64,000 nucleotides of DNA from Rubripirellula sp. (GTDB taxonomy: Bacteria; Planctomycetota; Planctomycetia; Pirellulales; Pirellulaceae). Numbering within the stretch: position 1 is the stretch's first letter; each line of letters starts with the position of its first letter. The position numbers and the translations under genes are program-made. Of this stretch, positions 27,721 to 38,306 are shown one piece after another. The notes below the pieces were generated by a model that searched no databases, was not told where the DNA came from, and saw nothing but the letters and a program-made list of their open reading frames with translations. The stretch spans positions 5,504,001-5,568,000 of the forward strand of contig OZ244207.1 of assembly GCA_965216875.1 (NCBI GenBank), given 5' to 3'.

Positions 27721-29037
27721 GTGAGTTTGAAGATGAAAATGCACAAAACGTGTGACGGTGTGAAACGTCGCGACATGCTCAAAGCAGGTGTCTTGACCGC
27801 CGGCGGTCTTACATTAAGCAACTACATGCAGATGGCCGCAGCGGGCCAGTTGCAATCGGGTCGCGCCGACCGCGCCATCTTTGTCGAGTTGCCGGGCGGT
27901 CCATCACACATGGACACGTTTGACCTCAAGCCTGACGCTTCTGACGAGTATCGCGGATCGTTCAATCCGATCTCGACCAAAGTGCCTGGCATTCAAATTT
28001 CGGAGCACCTGCCCAAACTCGCCTCGTGCACCGACAAGTTTGCGATCCTTCGCGGTGTCAGCCACACGTTGGCCGCTCACCGTTTAGGACGCGAATACGT
28101 CAACACTGGCAGCAAGCCGATTCCAGCACTCGAATACCCAAGTTACGGCTCAGTGTTGGCCAAAGAAGCACCAAGTTCTCCAGACATTCCAACCCAAGTC
28201 GCTGTGCCGCGAGCGAGCCAAGGGCCGGGCTTCCTAGGCATTCGCTACGCTCCGTTGGAAACGAATTCGACACCGTCGTTTGGCCAAGCATACTCCGTTC
28301 GCGGCATCTCCCTTGCGGGCGGTATCGGCGTTGATGAAGTCAAACGCCGCCAGGACTTGCTTCGCAGGCTCGACCGACGTTTTGCCAGCCTCGAAAAGAA
28401 CGATCAACTCCTTGATGGTTTGGATCAATTCGGCGAACAAGCCTACTCGATGATCACCTCGTCACGAGCACGCGAAGCCTTTGACATTTCGAAAGAGCCT
28501 GAGAGCTTTGCACGCCAATTCGGTGAGGACTCTTTCGGTCAAAGCTGCATGCTTGCCCTTCGTCTGGTCGAGTCGGGCGTCCGTCTCGTCACCGTGCAAC
28601 TCGGCGGTTGGGACACACATCGAGACAACTTCACCCGTTTGAAAGACAACAACCTGCCGAAACTCGACGCAGGTCTCAGCGGACTTCTCAACGGTCTCGA
28701 GCAGCGCGGCCTGCTGGAAACGACCGCAGTCTTTGTCACAGGTGAATTCGGTCGTACGCCGAAGATCAACACGCGCAGTGCCGAAGGCGGACGCGACCAC
28801 TACCCACGTTGCATGTTCATGTTGATGGCAGGCGGTGGTGTCCGCGGTGGTCAAGTGATCGGCGAAAGTGACGACACCGCATCGGGACCACGCCATGAAG
28901 GCATTTCGCCCGACGATGTCGCTGCCAGCTTCTACTACAACTTGGGAATCGATCCCAATATTGAGTACGACACGAGCACCGGTCGCCCCATCACGCTGGT
29001 GCGTGACGGCAACATCATCAAAGACTTGTTTGCGTAG
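27721..29037 (+). CDS. DUF1501 family protein
   Basis: Tat-like KRRDMLK; GGPSHMDTFDLKP, GWDTH, GEFGRTP and GRDHYP. Confidence 0.93.
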   Translation: MSLKMKMHKTCDGVKRRDMLKAGVLTAGGLTLSNYMQMAAAGQLQSGRADRAIFVELPGGPSHMDTFDLKPDASDEYRGSFNPISTKVPGIQISEHLPKLASCTDKFAILRGVSHTLAAHRLGREYVNTGSKPIPALEYPSYGSVLAKEAPSSPDIPTQVAVPRASQGPGFLGIRYAPLETNSTPSFGQAYSVRGISLAGGIGVDEVKRRQDLLRRLDRRFASLEKNDQLLDGLDQFGEQAYSMITSSRAREAFDISKEPESFARQFGEDSFGQSCMLALRLVESGVRLVTVQLGGWDTHRDNFTRLKDNNLPKLDAGLSGLLNGLEQRGLLETTAVFVTGEFGRTPKINTRSAEGGRDHYPRCMFMLMAGGGVRGGQVIGESDDTASGPRHEGISPDDVAASFYYNLGIDPNIEYDTSTGRPITLVRDGNIIKDLFA

Positions 29038-29056
29038 ACCGCAATAGTCCTCACGA

Positions 29057-29216
29057 CTCGTTACCACGCGCTGCGTGGTAACGGACCCTGGGACGCCCCG
29101 CGGCCCCGGCGTTGAGCCGAACGCGCTAGCGTCGGGCCGTAGCTACCTTCGCCAGAAGGTGGTTTCCGCCGCTAGAACGCTTTGCAGGGTCACCACGCCC
29201 TGGCGAGCACAGCTAC
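29057..29216. repeat. REP-like cluster
   Basis: CGTTACCACGCGCTGCGTGGTAACG (same family as 3070). Inverted pair GTAGCTACCTTCGCCAGAAGGTGG (29139) and CCACGCCCTGGCGAGCACAGCTAC (29193). Confidence 0.85.
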
Positions 29217-29219
29217 CAC

Positions 29220-29257
29220 AAAAAAACAGCCGTCAGAGTTTTACCTCTGACGGCTGT
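29220..29257 (-). terminator. Intrinsic terminator
   Basis: Perfect 13-bp stem ACAGCCGTCAGAG / CTCTGACGGCTGT, with an A7 run on the left that reads as a U-tract on the minus strand. Confidence 0.8.
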
Positions 29258-29395
29258 CTTGGTTGGTGCCTTTTTTGTTGTCACTCATGCTGCTCGCGCA
29301 GGAGAAGGGCCATGGTGAAGCCCTCCCTGCCTCACCATGGCCCCATCAATGCTGGAACGATGGCACCATTTCGTTCCACCCTCCCAATCCATGGT
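29220..29395 (-). ncRNA. Candidate small RNA with GGA-loop hairpins
   Basis: Three hairpins between two minus-strand terminators; see findings. Confidence 0.4.
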
Positions 29396-29452
29396 ACTAG
29401 TTCTATCGGCAGGTTCGATTGCGAGGTTGAAGTCATTCTGGACCGAGAGCGC

Positions 29453-29492
29453 AAAAAAAATGCGAGCTCGCAAACCACGTTGCGAACTCGCA
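29453..29492 (-). terminator. Intrinsic terminator of the 29520-30353 gene
   Basis: 13-bp stem (29461-29473 / 29480-29492, one G.U on the minus strand) followed by U8. Confidence 0.8.
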
Positions 29493-29519
29493 GAAAACTT
29501 CCCGTATTCGGCATTCAAC

Positions 29520-30353
29520 TTAGCGATCGCATGCGTCGCAGTTGTTGCAGTTCTTTTCAACGCCGAACAGGCCCTTGCCGCTGGGACGGTAGCCGGTATC
29601 GCCCATCAAGTGAGCGTGGTCGGCGCCACAGCATTGCCTGTATCCGTCCCAAACATGCGTGTAGCACTTGTTGCTGCGGAAGTACTGACGCAGTGTCGAT
29701 TGGGGCAGATTCACTTTATCGTGAGGCATGCAGATCATTCCTTGGTCACAGCCAGTGTTGCAGCCGCTGTTGCAACTCGCACAATCGGCGATCGTTCCAC
29801 CAGGATGGGTCATTGGTGCGATGATCGGTTGTGGAATTGGCTCGCCTGGAATGGCTTCAGCGATCGGCTCAGGAGCCGCTTCGCTGTCCGATGGCGATGG
29901 TGCTGCATCAGCCACGGCATCGGCTGCGGCAGCCTCTGGAACGGGCGTCGGAGCTTCCACTTCGACAGGCGTCAACGCGGCTTCAGCCTCGTCTTGCTGC
30001 TGTGCAACGAAGACGGCGTCAAAGTTCACCTCACCGGCCGCTTCTACCGGAGCCGCACCTTCTTCCAGCGAGACGGGGGCTTGGATCGGTTTGGCAAGGG
30101 CAACGATGGGGGCAGCCACGGTTGTGGCTGGAACACCAGCGGGAGCAGGCATGAAGAAGCCTTGTCCTACAGCTGGTTGCAGTGCGGGCGCGTTGGGAAC
30201 GGGTGCTTCGACCTTGACGGTGTCGACGTCGGGGAAGGTCAAATCTTCCAGCAAGGCGTCAAAGTCGCTGCCATAAGTGATGCCGGCGGCAGCGAGAACC
30301 AAACCACAAACGGTTCCGCGGATAGCGATTCTGCGCATTGGATCAACTTCCAT
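29520..30353 (-). CDS. Exported Pro/Ala/Glu-rich protein with a Cys-rich C-terminus
   Basis: Signal peptide, low-complexity spacer, 11 Cys in the last ~90 aa, VWDGY motif. Confidence 0.75.
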   Translation of the reverse strand: MEVDPMRRIAIRGTVCGLVLAAAGITYGSDFDALLEDLTFPDVDTVKVEAPVPNAPALQPAVGQGFFMPAPAGVPATTVAAPIVALAKPIQAPVSLEEGAAPVEAAGEVNFDAVFVAQQQDEAEAALTPVEVEAPTPVPEAAAADAVADAAPSPSDSEAAPEPIAEAIPGEPIPQPIIAPMTHPGGTIADCASCNSGCNTGCDQGMICMPHDKVNLPQSTLRQYFRSNKCYTHVWDGYRQCCGADHAHLMGDTGYRPSGKGLFGVEKNCNNCDACDR

Positions 30354-30868
30354 GTTTTGGAGGGTGACGATTCCTTCTCAACCCGAAGCATGCGGGACTC
30401 TTCGTTCAGTCACAGCCCTCATTGGCAGTGGCAGGACGAAGCGACCCGCAAAACATCCATGATTGAAAGGGGAGGTTTTTCGGAGGAGTTCATTCACATC
30501 AAGTCTTCATCTCCGTGCTGCTGGCGATTGAAACCTCCACCGACAGCAATGATGAAAACCTGAAGTCGATCGCTAGGACTGATTCCCGTTTAGTCTGGCC
30601 ATCAAGTGACGTCTTCGTCGGGTGACGTTCGTCAGTCGTGTGACATTTCGGGGTTTGGGAGAATCTGTCGAGCGATCTTGGTCAATGAACCACTGAAGCG
30701 TTACCGCGCAACGCAAGGTGTGCAAATGAATTTTCGCTTTTCCTTTGACCGCGGCAGAAACCTGCGCTACACATCCCAAACACCCGATGAGAGTTCGCCA
30801 ATTGACAAGGTTTACCTAGCGAAACCAAGCCTCATGACATGTCCGCAAACAACGCAATTGCGTTCGGG

Positions 30869-33499
30869 TTAAACCGGTTGGCCAACGACTGCAAGCAACG
30901 CCTCGCGCACTTGCTCTTGCCGATCGTGATCGAGCAGTTTCGAACCATCTTTTTCCGAAACGTAAAAAACGTCGGCGACTTGATCGAGGTGAGTGTCGAT
31001 CTTGGCAAAGTAAAGCACCAACTGTTGCTCGGCCAGCGCGCTTGCAATCCGGTACAGCAAACCGGCTTCGTCATAAGCAAAGAACGAAACGATTGTGTAA
31101 CGATCCACCGTCTTGTTATCAAACACAACGTTCTTGGGCAGAACGTTCACGCTGTCGGGTTCGCGTTGACTTTGCGGCTTCCAGGTTCGGCGATAAGGCG
31201 GCAGTGGCTCCTCGCGGTGATCAAGAAGATGACACACCATGTCACAAACCTCTTGGGTTCGCTCCGGTGGCGGTCCATCAGGGAAGTCAGGATCGATCAC
31301 CCAGAAGTCATCCCAGGCAAGTTCATCGCCGATCGTTTCGATTTGGGCACGCATGATGACGAGCCCGGCTGCATTGAGAGCACCGGTTGCTCGCGCAAAC
31401 GTTCCTACCGACTTTCCTTCTTCGCGATGGATAACCGTGTACCGATTCGTTTGCCAGCGTTCATCAAAGACGCTGACGCACACCGATTTAGCTCCCTTAG
31501 AAAGCTGGCCACTCACGTGAGTGATTTCATCGGCAAGATGCTCCGCCTTTCCGCGTGTGAGCAAGGAAAGCGGAAACCGCTCGAGCAGGTCGAAACAGGC
31601 TTGTGGTGCCGATGCACTCGTCAATCGCTGCCGGATCCGTTCGCGGTTGGATTCAATTTCGGGGTCATCGGGGCTGCCCGGCAGGTTGCCTGAATCAAAG
31701 TAGCGACGCGTTCGTTTGTAGAGGTCCTCGATGAGCCTCATTTTCCAATCGGTCGCGACGCCCGGACCGACCGCCGTCAGGTCGCAGACTGTGTGGACAA
31801 CCAACAGTTCCAAGCGCCGAATCGAACCGACTTCGCGTGCAAACGTCAACACGATCTCGGGATCGCTCAGATTATGACGAAAAGCGACGACGTTCACGGC
31901 CAAGTGCTTCAGGACCAACCACTCGAGCGTTTCACCGGAGGCTTTGTCGAGGTTCAATCGTTCGGCCACCTTCTTGGCGATCCGAGCACCAACGATACAG
32001 TGATCTTCTTCGTATCCCTTGCCAATGTCGTGAACCAAGAGCGCCAGGTGCAGCAACCCCTTGTCATCCAAGCGACGATAGCGGCGTCCCATTCCGGTCG
32101 TGTCGGTCTGCAATTCGGTCGCCGCTTCGACCGCACGAATGCTGTGCGCATCGACCGTGTACTTGTGATAAGCATTGAATTGCAGCAGACCACGCATACG
32201 TTTGAATTCAGGAATCAACTGCTCGATCACCCGAAGTTCATGGAGTCGCCGCAGCAATTCGGCAAGCCGACCAGGTCGGCTGAGTAGCGACAGAAAGGCT
32301 TCGATCGATTCCTGATCTGGCTTTGTCGGTTCTCGCTCCTGCATCGCAACCCGAATCGCTTGCCAAGTACGGTGCGAAATTCGTTTGCTGTGCTGATTGG
32401 CCAAGCTCATGAGCCGCAACACATCGGGAAGGCTCTTCGCAAACTCATCAAGCGCTGCGGCGGGAACCCAAATGTGCGTCGGCCCCATACGAATGTTGTC
32501 GTCGATCGTTCGTGAAAGAACCCTTTCAACAAGTCGCCCGGCCACTGGTCGGCCGCGTGAATCATCGGCAAAGAATGCGGCGGCATATCGAACGTTGCGC
32601 GTGTTGTCGAAATAGTCCTGCATGAACTGTTCGACGGGCAACACACCCTCTGTCCCTTTGTAGCCCCATGCCTCGGCGATCTCCATTTGGGTCGAACGGT
32701 CGAGAATGTCTTGGCTTTTCTTTTCTCGAAAGTGCAGTTCGTTGCGCAGCCGCAACATGAACTGATACGCTTGCCGCACTTGGCGATAGTCTTCTTCGGG
32801 TAGAACGCCAAGCTTGATCAGTCGTTCGAGATCCGTTTCGCCGTAACGCGCGAAACCAATCCAACGGATCAATTGAATGTCACGAAGCGCGCCGCGTGAT
32901 CGTTTGACATTGGGGCGAAGCAAGTAGTTGGTCTCGCCCCACTTTTGACGTTCTTCACGCCGAGCCGCGACCAAGTCACGAATCAGTTTCTTGCGACGCC
33001 GCATCGCACCATGGCGAAGCGATTGGAAGAACTTGCTGTAAAGTTGCAAACTTCCCGCCAGCAACCGAGATTCGGTGAGCGAGGAGAAGATCACCGGGTC
33101 GCCCCAGGAAAGTGTGCAAGCTTCTTCGGCGTTGCGAATGGAGAAACCAGGTTGGACCCCGGCATCCATCAGGTCGCGGGTCAGGTCGCCAGCGACCAGC
33201 TGTGCCAAACGTTCACTTCGTTTGGTCGTCAGCAGCATCAGGTCGGCGTCGGAGTAAGGCGCCAAGTCGCGACGTCCGAAACCGCCGTGGGCAACCAGGC
33301 AGAGTCCCCCCAGACGCTCGTCGGCAGCGTAGTCGCGTGTTGCCTCGCCCCACACATCCAAGACGACATCATCGTACAGGTCGGCCAGACGGGTCGACAC
33401 CTGCATGCCGGGCGAACCGGCCTCGTGCTGCTCTCGCGCTCGTTCACGACCTTCGCGAAGTCGCTCGCGACACCGGGTGACGACGGGTCGCATCGACAT
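30869..33499 (-). CDS. glnD: [Protein-PII] uridylyltransferase / uridylyl-removing enzyme
   Basis: NTase motif GGFGRRDLAPYSDADL, RPNVKRSRGALRD, HD domain YHKYTVDAH...HDIGKG, and two C-terminal ACT domains. Confidence 0.96.
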   Translation of the reverse strand: MSMRPVVTRCRERLREGRERAREQHEAGSPGMQVSTRLADLYDDVVLDVWGEATRDYAADERLGGLCLVAHGGFGRRDLAPYSDADLMLLTTKRSERLAQLVAGDLTRDLMDAGVQPGFSIRNAEEACTLSWGDPVIFSSLTESRLLAGSLQLYSKFFQSLRHGAMRRRKKLIRDLVAARREERQKWGETNYLLRPNVKRSRGALRDIQLIRWIGFARYGETDLERLIKLGVLPEEDYRQVRQAYQFMLRLRNELHFREKKSQDILDRSTQMEIAEAWGYKGTEGVLPVEQFMQDYFDNTRNVRYAAAFFADDSRGRPVAGRLVERVLSRTIDDNIRMGPTHIWVPAAALDEFAKSLPDVLRLMSLANQHSKRISHRTWQAIRVAMQEREPTKPDQESIEAFLSLLSRPGRLAELLRRLHELRVIEQLIPEFKRMRGLLQFNAYHKYTVDAHSIRAVEAATELQTDTTGMGRRYRRLDDKGLLHLALLVHDIGKGYEEDHCIVGARIAKKVAERLNLDKASGETLEWLVLKHLAVNVVAFRHNLSDPEIVLTFAREVGSIRRLELLVVHTVCDLTAVGPGVATDWKMRLIEDLYKRTRRYFDSGNLPGSPDDPEIESNRERIRQRLTSASAPQACFDLLERFPLSLLTRGKAEHLADEITHVSGQLSKGAKSVCVSVFDERWQTNRYTVIHREEGKSVGTFARATGALNAAGLVIMRAQIETIGDELAWDDFWVIDPDFPDGPPPERTQEVCDMVCHLLDHREEPLPPYRRTWKPQSQREPDSVNVLPKNVVFDNKTVDRYTIVSFFAYDEAGLLYRIASALAEQQLVLYFAKIDTHLDQVADVFYVSEKDGSKLLDHDRQEQVREALLAVVGQPV

Positions 33500-33543
33500 G
33501 AAACAAGACCTATCGGTTCTGCGTTGCTAATCCGCGCCGCGAT

Positions 33544-33891
<348 letters not shown>

Positions 33892-34162
33892 TCAAGCAGT
33901 ATCAGTTGAGCACTCGGCGCGGACTTTTGAACCAAATTGCGCTGCTGGTTGAAAGGGCTTGCGGGCCAAACTTCGGCTTCTGCCAGCCGTCCGCATTGTA
34001 CACTTGCCGTGTCAATCAACCACCCGGGGCGACGACTCTAACGCCTATTCTTGACCAAGTCATGGGGCGAAAACTGGTCGCCGAAGGATTTCAGAGCGGT
34101 GCGTGAGCGTTTCACACGCGTTCGATCACGCACACAGCGGCCTCCAAACTGCCGCTATCACG

Positions 34163-34714
34163 CTAGTCGGGCCGATTCCACTCGAATTCCTTCGCGCCGG
34201 CAGCGTGATTGACCGATCGAGAGAGGACAAAAAGCAGGTCGCTGAGCCGATTCAAATAAACGATCACCGGTTCCGAAACTTCGTATCCCTCGCAGGACGC
34301 CATCGAAATCACACGCCGCTCGGCCCGCCGACAGACTCCTCGGGCCATGTGCAGGTGCGACGCCGCCGACACACCTCCAGGCAGAATGAATTGTCGCAGC
34401 GGTTCCAATTTGGCCTCGTGAACGTCGATCCATTGTTCCAAACGATCGATGTGAGCTTGATTGATGATCTGCATGTCATGCTTCGCCGGATTAGGCGTCG
34501 CCAGCTCAGCACCAATCGCAAACAACTCACATTGGATCTGGTGCAAGTAGCCATCGATTTCGTCCGAGAGGTCTTGCGACCGAGTCACACCTAAAACGGC
34601 ATTCAGTTCGTCAACCGTACCGTAGGCCTCGATCCGCGGATCATCCTTGCTGACACGCGGCCCCCCAAACAGACCGGTGCTACCAGAGTCTCCGGTGCGG
34701 GTATAAATCTTCAT
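34163..34714 (-). CDS. PduO-type ATP:cob(I)alamin adenosyltransferase
   Basis: KIYTRTGDSG, EAYGTVDELN, FILPGG, CRRAERR and YLNRLSDLLF. Confidence 0.95.
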   Translation of the reverse strand: MKIYTRTGDSGSTGLFGGPRVSKDDPRIEAYGTVDELNAVLGVTRSQDLSDEIDGYLHQIQCELFAIGAELATPNPAKHDMQIINQAHIDRLEQWIDVHEAKLEPLRQFILPGGVSAASHLHMARGVCRRAERRVISMASCEGYEVSEPVIVYLNRLSDLLFVLSRSVNHAAGAKEFEWNRPD

Positions 34715-34804
34715 CGGTTGGCGATCCTGGGAGGTCGAAAAGGCGTCTCGTGTGATGACACCAATAAGCTTACCGATTGGTCAAAGCCCAAACCGGAAAA
34801 CACC

Positions 34805-35266
34805 ATGAGTCAGATTCCAAACGAACCTGTGCGAGCGGCCGGCATTTTATTGATGCTCAAGCCAAACGACGCAACCGATCGCCCCACAAAGTTCCTGCTG
34901 ATGCGGCACAAGAATCGTTGGGACCTGCCCAAGGGTCATTGTGATGGCGATGAATCGTTCACCGAAACCGCACTACGCGAAACCGAGGAAGAGACGGGAA
35001 TCGCTCCCGATTCCATCACGTTGGCGTCGGACTTTCAGTTCGAACTGTCCTATCCCGTGAAGTACAAACGCCACGGCGGTGTGACCCTTCAGAAACAGGT
35101 GCGTTACTTCCTGGGTTTTCTCGATAGCGAGCCGACGTTGACTCTCACCGAACATCAGGGGTCGCAGTGGTTCGATTGGCAGCCGCCCCACAAGATCCAA
35201 GAGCAAACGATCGACCCCCTTCTCGCCGCGGCCGCCAAGTACCTCAACGGTGACCAAGACGCATAG
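34805..35266 (+). CDS. Nudix hydrolase, bis(5'-nucleosyl)-tetraphosphatase (Ap4A hydrolase)-like
   Basis: RAAG, and WDLPKGH...ETALRETEEETG (Nudix box). Confidence 0.9.
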   Translation: MSQIPNEPVRAAGILLMLKPNDATDRPTKFLLMRHKNRWDLPKGHCDGDESFTETALRETEEETGIAPDSITLASDFQFELSYPVKYKRHGGVTLQKQVRYFLGFLDSEPTLTLTEHQGSQWFDWQPPHKIQEQTIDPLLAAAAKYLNGDQDA

Positions 35267-35379
35267 GTGTGTGCTTGCGCGATCAGCGTTAGTCGTCCCG
35301 CCTTTTGGGGCGGAAGAACCTGAAGATTCCGGCTAAAGCTCGGTACTACGATCGAGCGGCTCACGATTGCGAGACCGGG

Positions 35380-36996
35380 TTAGTACTGCGCCCCAAGCAC
35401 TTTCAATTCGAACTTGCCGACCGCGTCAATCGTGGTTTGAAACAATGCAACCTCGTCACGATCCGACAAATCACTCGTCGTGAATGTCAAACGACCCGCT
35501 GCGGCCGGCTTGCCCGTCGTTGCATCCAACGCCAGCCACTGGTCACCCGCATGCGCCAGCGTCCAGGCGTGGAATTCCATCGAGGCATCCTGTCCCTCGT
35601 CGTCACCGGGACGATAGGCCAATCCCACGGCGATGCGAGCCGGAATCTGACGAGCCCTCAAGAGAGCGGCCAACAAGATCGCTTGTTCAACACAATCCCC
35701 TTCGGCAAGGTTGGCAACGTCGGAGGCTCGTGAGACGCCTTCAAAGTGGTCCTTCGTGCTAATCAAGGAATGGGCAGTCGCGGCAAGCTCCACGGCGACA
35801 TCCTTGTCCGACATGGTCGAATTACTACGAATGGCAGCGGTGACGATACGACGAATCATCGGGGCGCCCGAGTCAACCAGGGCGCTTGCTTTGCGATCCG
35901 CGCCGGTCGGGGGAAGGTCTACGGTCTCAAACCCCTTGCCGACGGTTTCTTCGCGGCGACTGACCAATACCTGAAGGCTGCCATCATCGCGCCGGCGAAT
36001 GTACTGCTGAGGTGCTGGGCCAAGCTCAAACGGTTCCGGTGACCGCAGATTCGATTTGGTCGGCGTGAGCTGGTAGGCAACTCGCTTGGCGTTCTCATGC
36101 TTGTCTAAGTCACCTTCAACAGCAAACGAGACAAGGCGAACCTGATCTTCGGGTCGGTTCAAACCTTCGGTGGCTGAGGACTGATCGGTGCGAAAAGTGA
36201 TCATGTCATAGCCGGGCCAATAGGTCCTGCGGATCGAACCCTCGGCGTTGGCCCAAATCACCCATCGATTGATCGATTCGTCGGCAACACTCTCGCAGTG
36301 GATTTCCAGCAACTTTTCTGATTTGCCGTTCATCATTGGAACGGAGGCTTCGATGTCACATTGCATCGAAACGGTTGCGACCAGGTTTTCAACCGGCACC
36401 AACATCTTCAACGTCCTGCGATCGCCCAAACCGATGGGCTTGCGCCGCAGGGACTGTTCCACCGCCAAAAGCCCACGGTTCTCGGGCAACCAGTCCAACG
36501 TGGCCGAGGTACGTTCTTTGCCGCGCACCGTCTCGACGGACAACTTCCCGTCGGCAACGCTGCCCGTATGCCGTGTCCTAAGAGGCCCGATCAAGAGATT
36601 GGTTTGGTATTCGATAAGTTGGCCAGCATCCGTTTCCGTGCTGACCTGGTTAAGCCTTTGGATCAAAGTTGTCGGCCCGCGATGGATCTTTAAATAGTTG
36701 TCGACTTGATAGCGCACGTCGGGCAACTTCATGTCCAAGGCATTCCGTCGCGTTTTTTCAGCAACGATGTGACTGTACCCAACGTGCTTGCCGCGGACGA
36801 AGTACGCCTCCCACGTCTCCCAATTGCCTGGGAATGATGCGCCGGGCGATTCGACGATCACGTCATCCAGCTCGGCCTGGGTCGCATCATCCTGTTCTGG
36901 TGTGACAGGCTTGAGCGGCGGTCGCGAGGGAATGTCGCAACCAATCACGATCAGGGCCAAGGCGACGGCAACACAGGGTTTTAAAGAGAGGGTCAT
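35380..36996 (-). CDS. Transglutaminase-like domain lipoprotein
   Basis: Lipobox VIGC after the Met at 36996. Catalytic triad motifs GDCVEQA, FHAW and LDAT. Confidence 0.85.
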   Translation of the reverse strand: MTLSLKPCVAVALALIVIGCDIPSRPPLKPVTPEQDDATQAELDDVIVESPGASFPGNWETWEAYFVRGKHVGYSHIVAEKTRRNALDMKLPDVRYQVDNYLKIHRGPTTLIQRLNQVSTETDAGQLIEYQTNLLIGPLRTRHTGSVADGKLSVETVRGKERTSATLDWLPENRGLLAVEQSLRRKPIGLGDRRTLKMLVPVENLVATVSMQCDIEASVPMMNGKSEKLLEIHCESVADESINRWVIWANAEGSIRRTYWPGYDMITFRTDQSSATEGLNRPEDQVRLVSFAVEGDLDKHENAKRVAYQLTPTKSNLRSPEPFELGPAPQQYIRRRDDGSLQVLVSRREETVGKGFETVDLPPTGADRKASALVDSGAPMIRRIVTAAIRSNSTMSDKDVAVELAATAHSLISTKDHFEGVSRASDVANLAEGDCVEQAILLAALLRARQIPARIAVGLAYRPGDDEGQDASMEFHAWTLAHAGDQWLALDATTGKPAAAGRLTFTTSDLSDRDEVALFQTTIDAVGKFELKVLGAQY

Positions 36997-37462
36997 TTCA
37001 AAAAGGTCTTCGACCAAACAACGGATGTCGGTTTGACGGCGCGACGAACCCGATAAGAGCGACACGACGAAAGCACGACGGTCAATTGCGGATAAGGATT
37101 CGTCGTTTCGGCTAGCGGTTAACCGATGCTGATTGCGGTTGTCGACAAGAGTGAATGCAGTGCAGGGCGCAATCGCTTCCGAGCATTGTAACCTGAGGCA
37201 GCAAATGTTGCCCGAAAACAACAGCATGTCGATTCTATGCGCGGTCCGGTTACAACGGCTCTGCCAGCTAAGGCACCTTTGACGGGGATTCCGGCGTTTT
37301 TCATCGGCCTTCCCGCAACGTCAGATTGGTTTGTGTCACCACGTCTCAGAAGTGACCTAGCGTTGGGGTGTAAGAGATTGACCGAGAGGTCGAAGCGGTG
37401 AAATTGCACAAACCGCATCCACCGCACGATTCCCCAGTAGTGCAGCAAGACCGAGATACGAC

Positions 37463-38167
37463 ATGGGTTTTCTGAAACGCATCCTTCGCAATGGTATCAG
37501 TGATGACGCGACTCGCGCAGCAAGCAATGGCAGCTTTGAATCGCTGACCGACGAAGAACTGCAGGCCCACATGGGGATCTCCAGTTATGGCGTGTTTGAC
37601 CTGACCGATGCCATCCGCCCGTCCTATGACTTGCAGATCGTGCCTCGCCAAGGCTTCCGTCACGATGAGTACGTTGACGAAAATAGCGGCAACAACACAC
37701 CCGTGATCATGGCTTCGGCCACGAGCCACCAATTGATGGATCTGTTTCTAGAATTGATCGAGCCGCTGGGGGCTGTAGTCGATGTCGTTCTGGAATCGAG
37801 CCATCGCATTGGCGGCGAACACGAGGACCTGTACCGCGAACACATCGACATGCCGGTGCTCAAGAGCATCTTGCTTGAATTCGAAGACTTGCTGCTTAAC
37901 GACGGATGCACTGGCATCGCCGTGATCAATCCGGCCAAACGCCAAGAAGTGCAACTGGACGAGCACAAGCTGTTGATCATGTACGGCCAACCGCTCAGCT
38001 CGTTCGAGTCCGTTCTGATTGGCAACGATGTCTATCCAGACGAAGAGCTTCAATTCATCACCGAAGCCGAGCACGTCCACAGCAGCAGCGAGCGACTGTA
38101 CGACCAATTCAACGTACTCAAGACTCGCCTTGGCATGGACAGCGAAGAAATGGCTGGCTCGTGGTAG
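37463..38167 (+). CDS. Hypothetical cytoplasmic protein
   Basis: 234-aa acidic, globular-looking ORF; no recognised motif. Confidence 0.75.
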   Translation: MGFLKRILRNGISDDATRAASNGSFESLTDEELQAHMGISSYGVFDLTDAIRPSYDLQIVPRQGFRHDEYVDENSGNNTPVIMASATSHQLMDLFLELIEPLGAVVDVVLESSHRIGGEHEDLYREHIDMPVLKSILLEFEDLLLNDGCTGIAVINPAKRQEVQLDEHKLLIMYGQPLSSFESVLIGNDVYPDEELQFITEAEHVHSSSERLYDQFNVLKTRLGMDSEEMAGSW

Positions 38168-38306
38168 GCCGAAGAGGTAGCCCAACGTAGCTGCCCAAAA
38201 TGGCTCCTCAGGAATGGATCGCCAATTCGACGAGGCCTTACGGCTCACAGCTCACGGGGATATGATCGGCCTCTCTGTCCGATCACCGCAACCCGCGTTT
38301 GTTTAG

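Noticed and set aside
29337..30563. 408-aa plus-strand ORF (and similar long shadow ORFs such as 3017-3874, 30839-31693, 46654-47589 and 51924-52742)
   Set aside because: They lie antisense to better-supported genes and have no motifs; such shadow ORFs are expected in GC-rich DNA.
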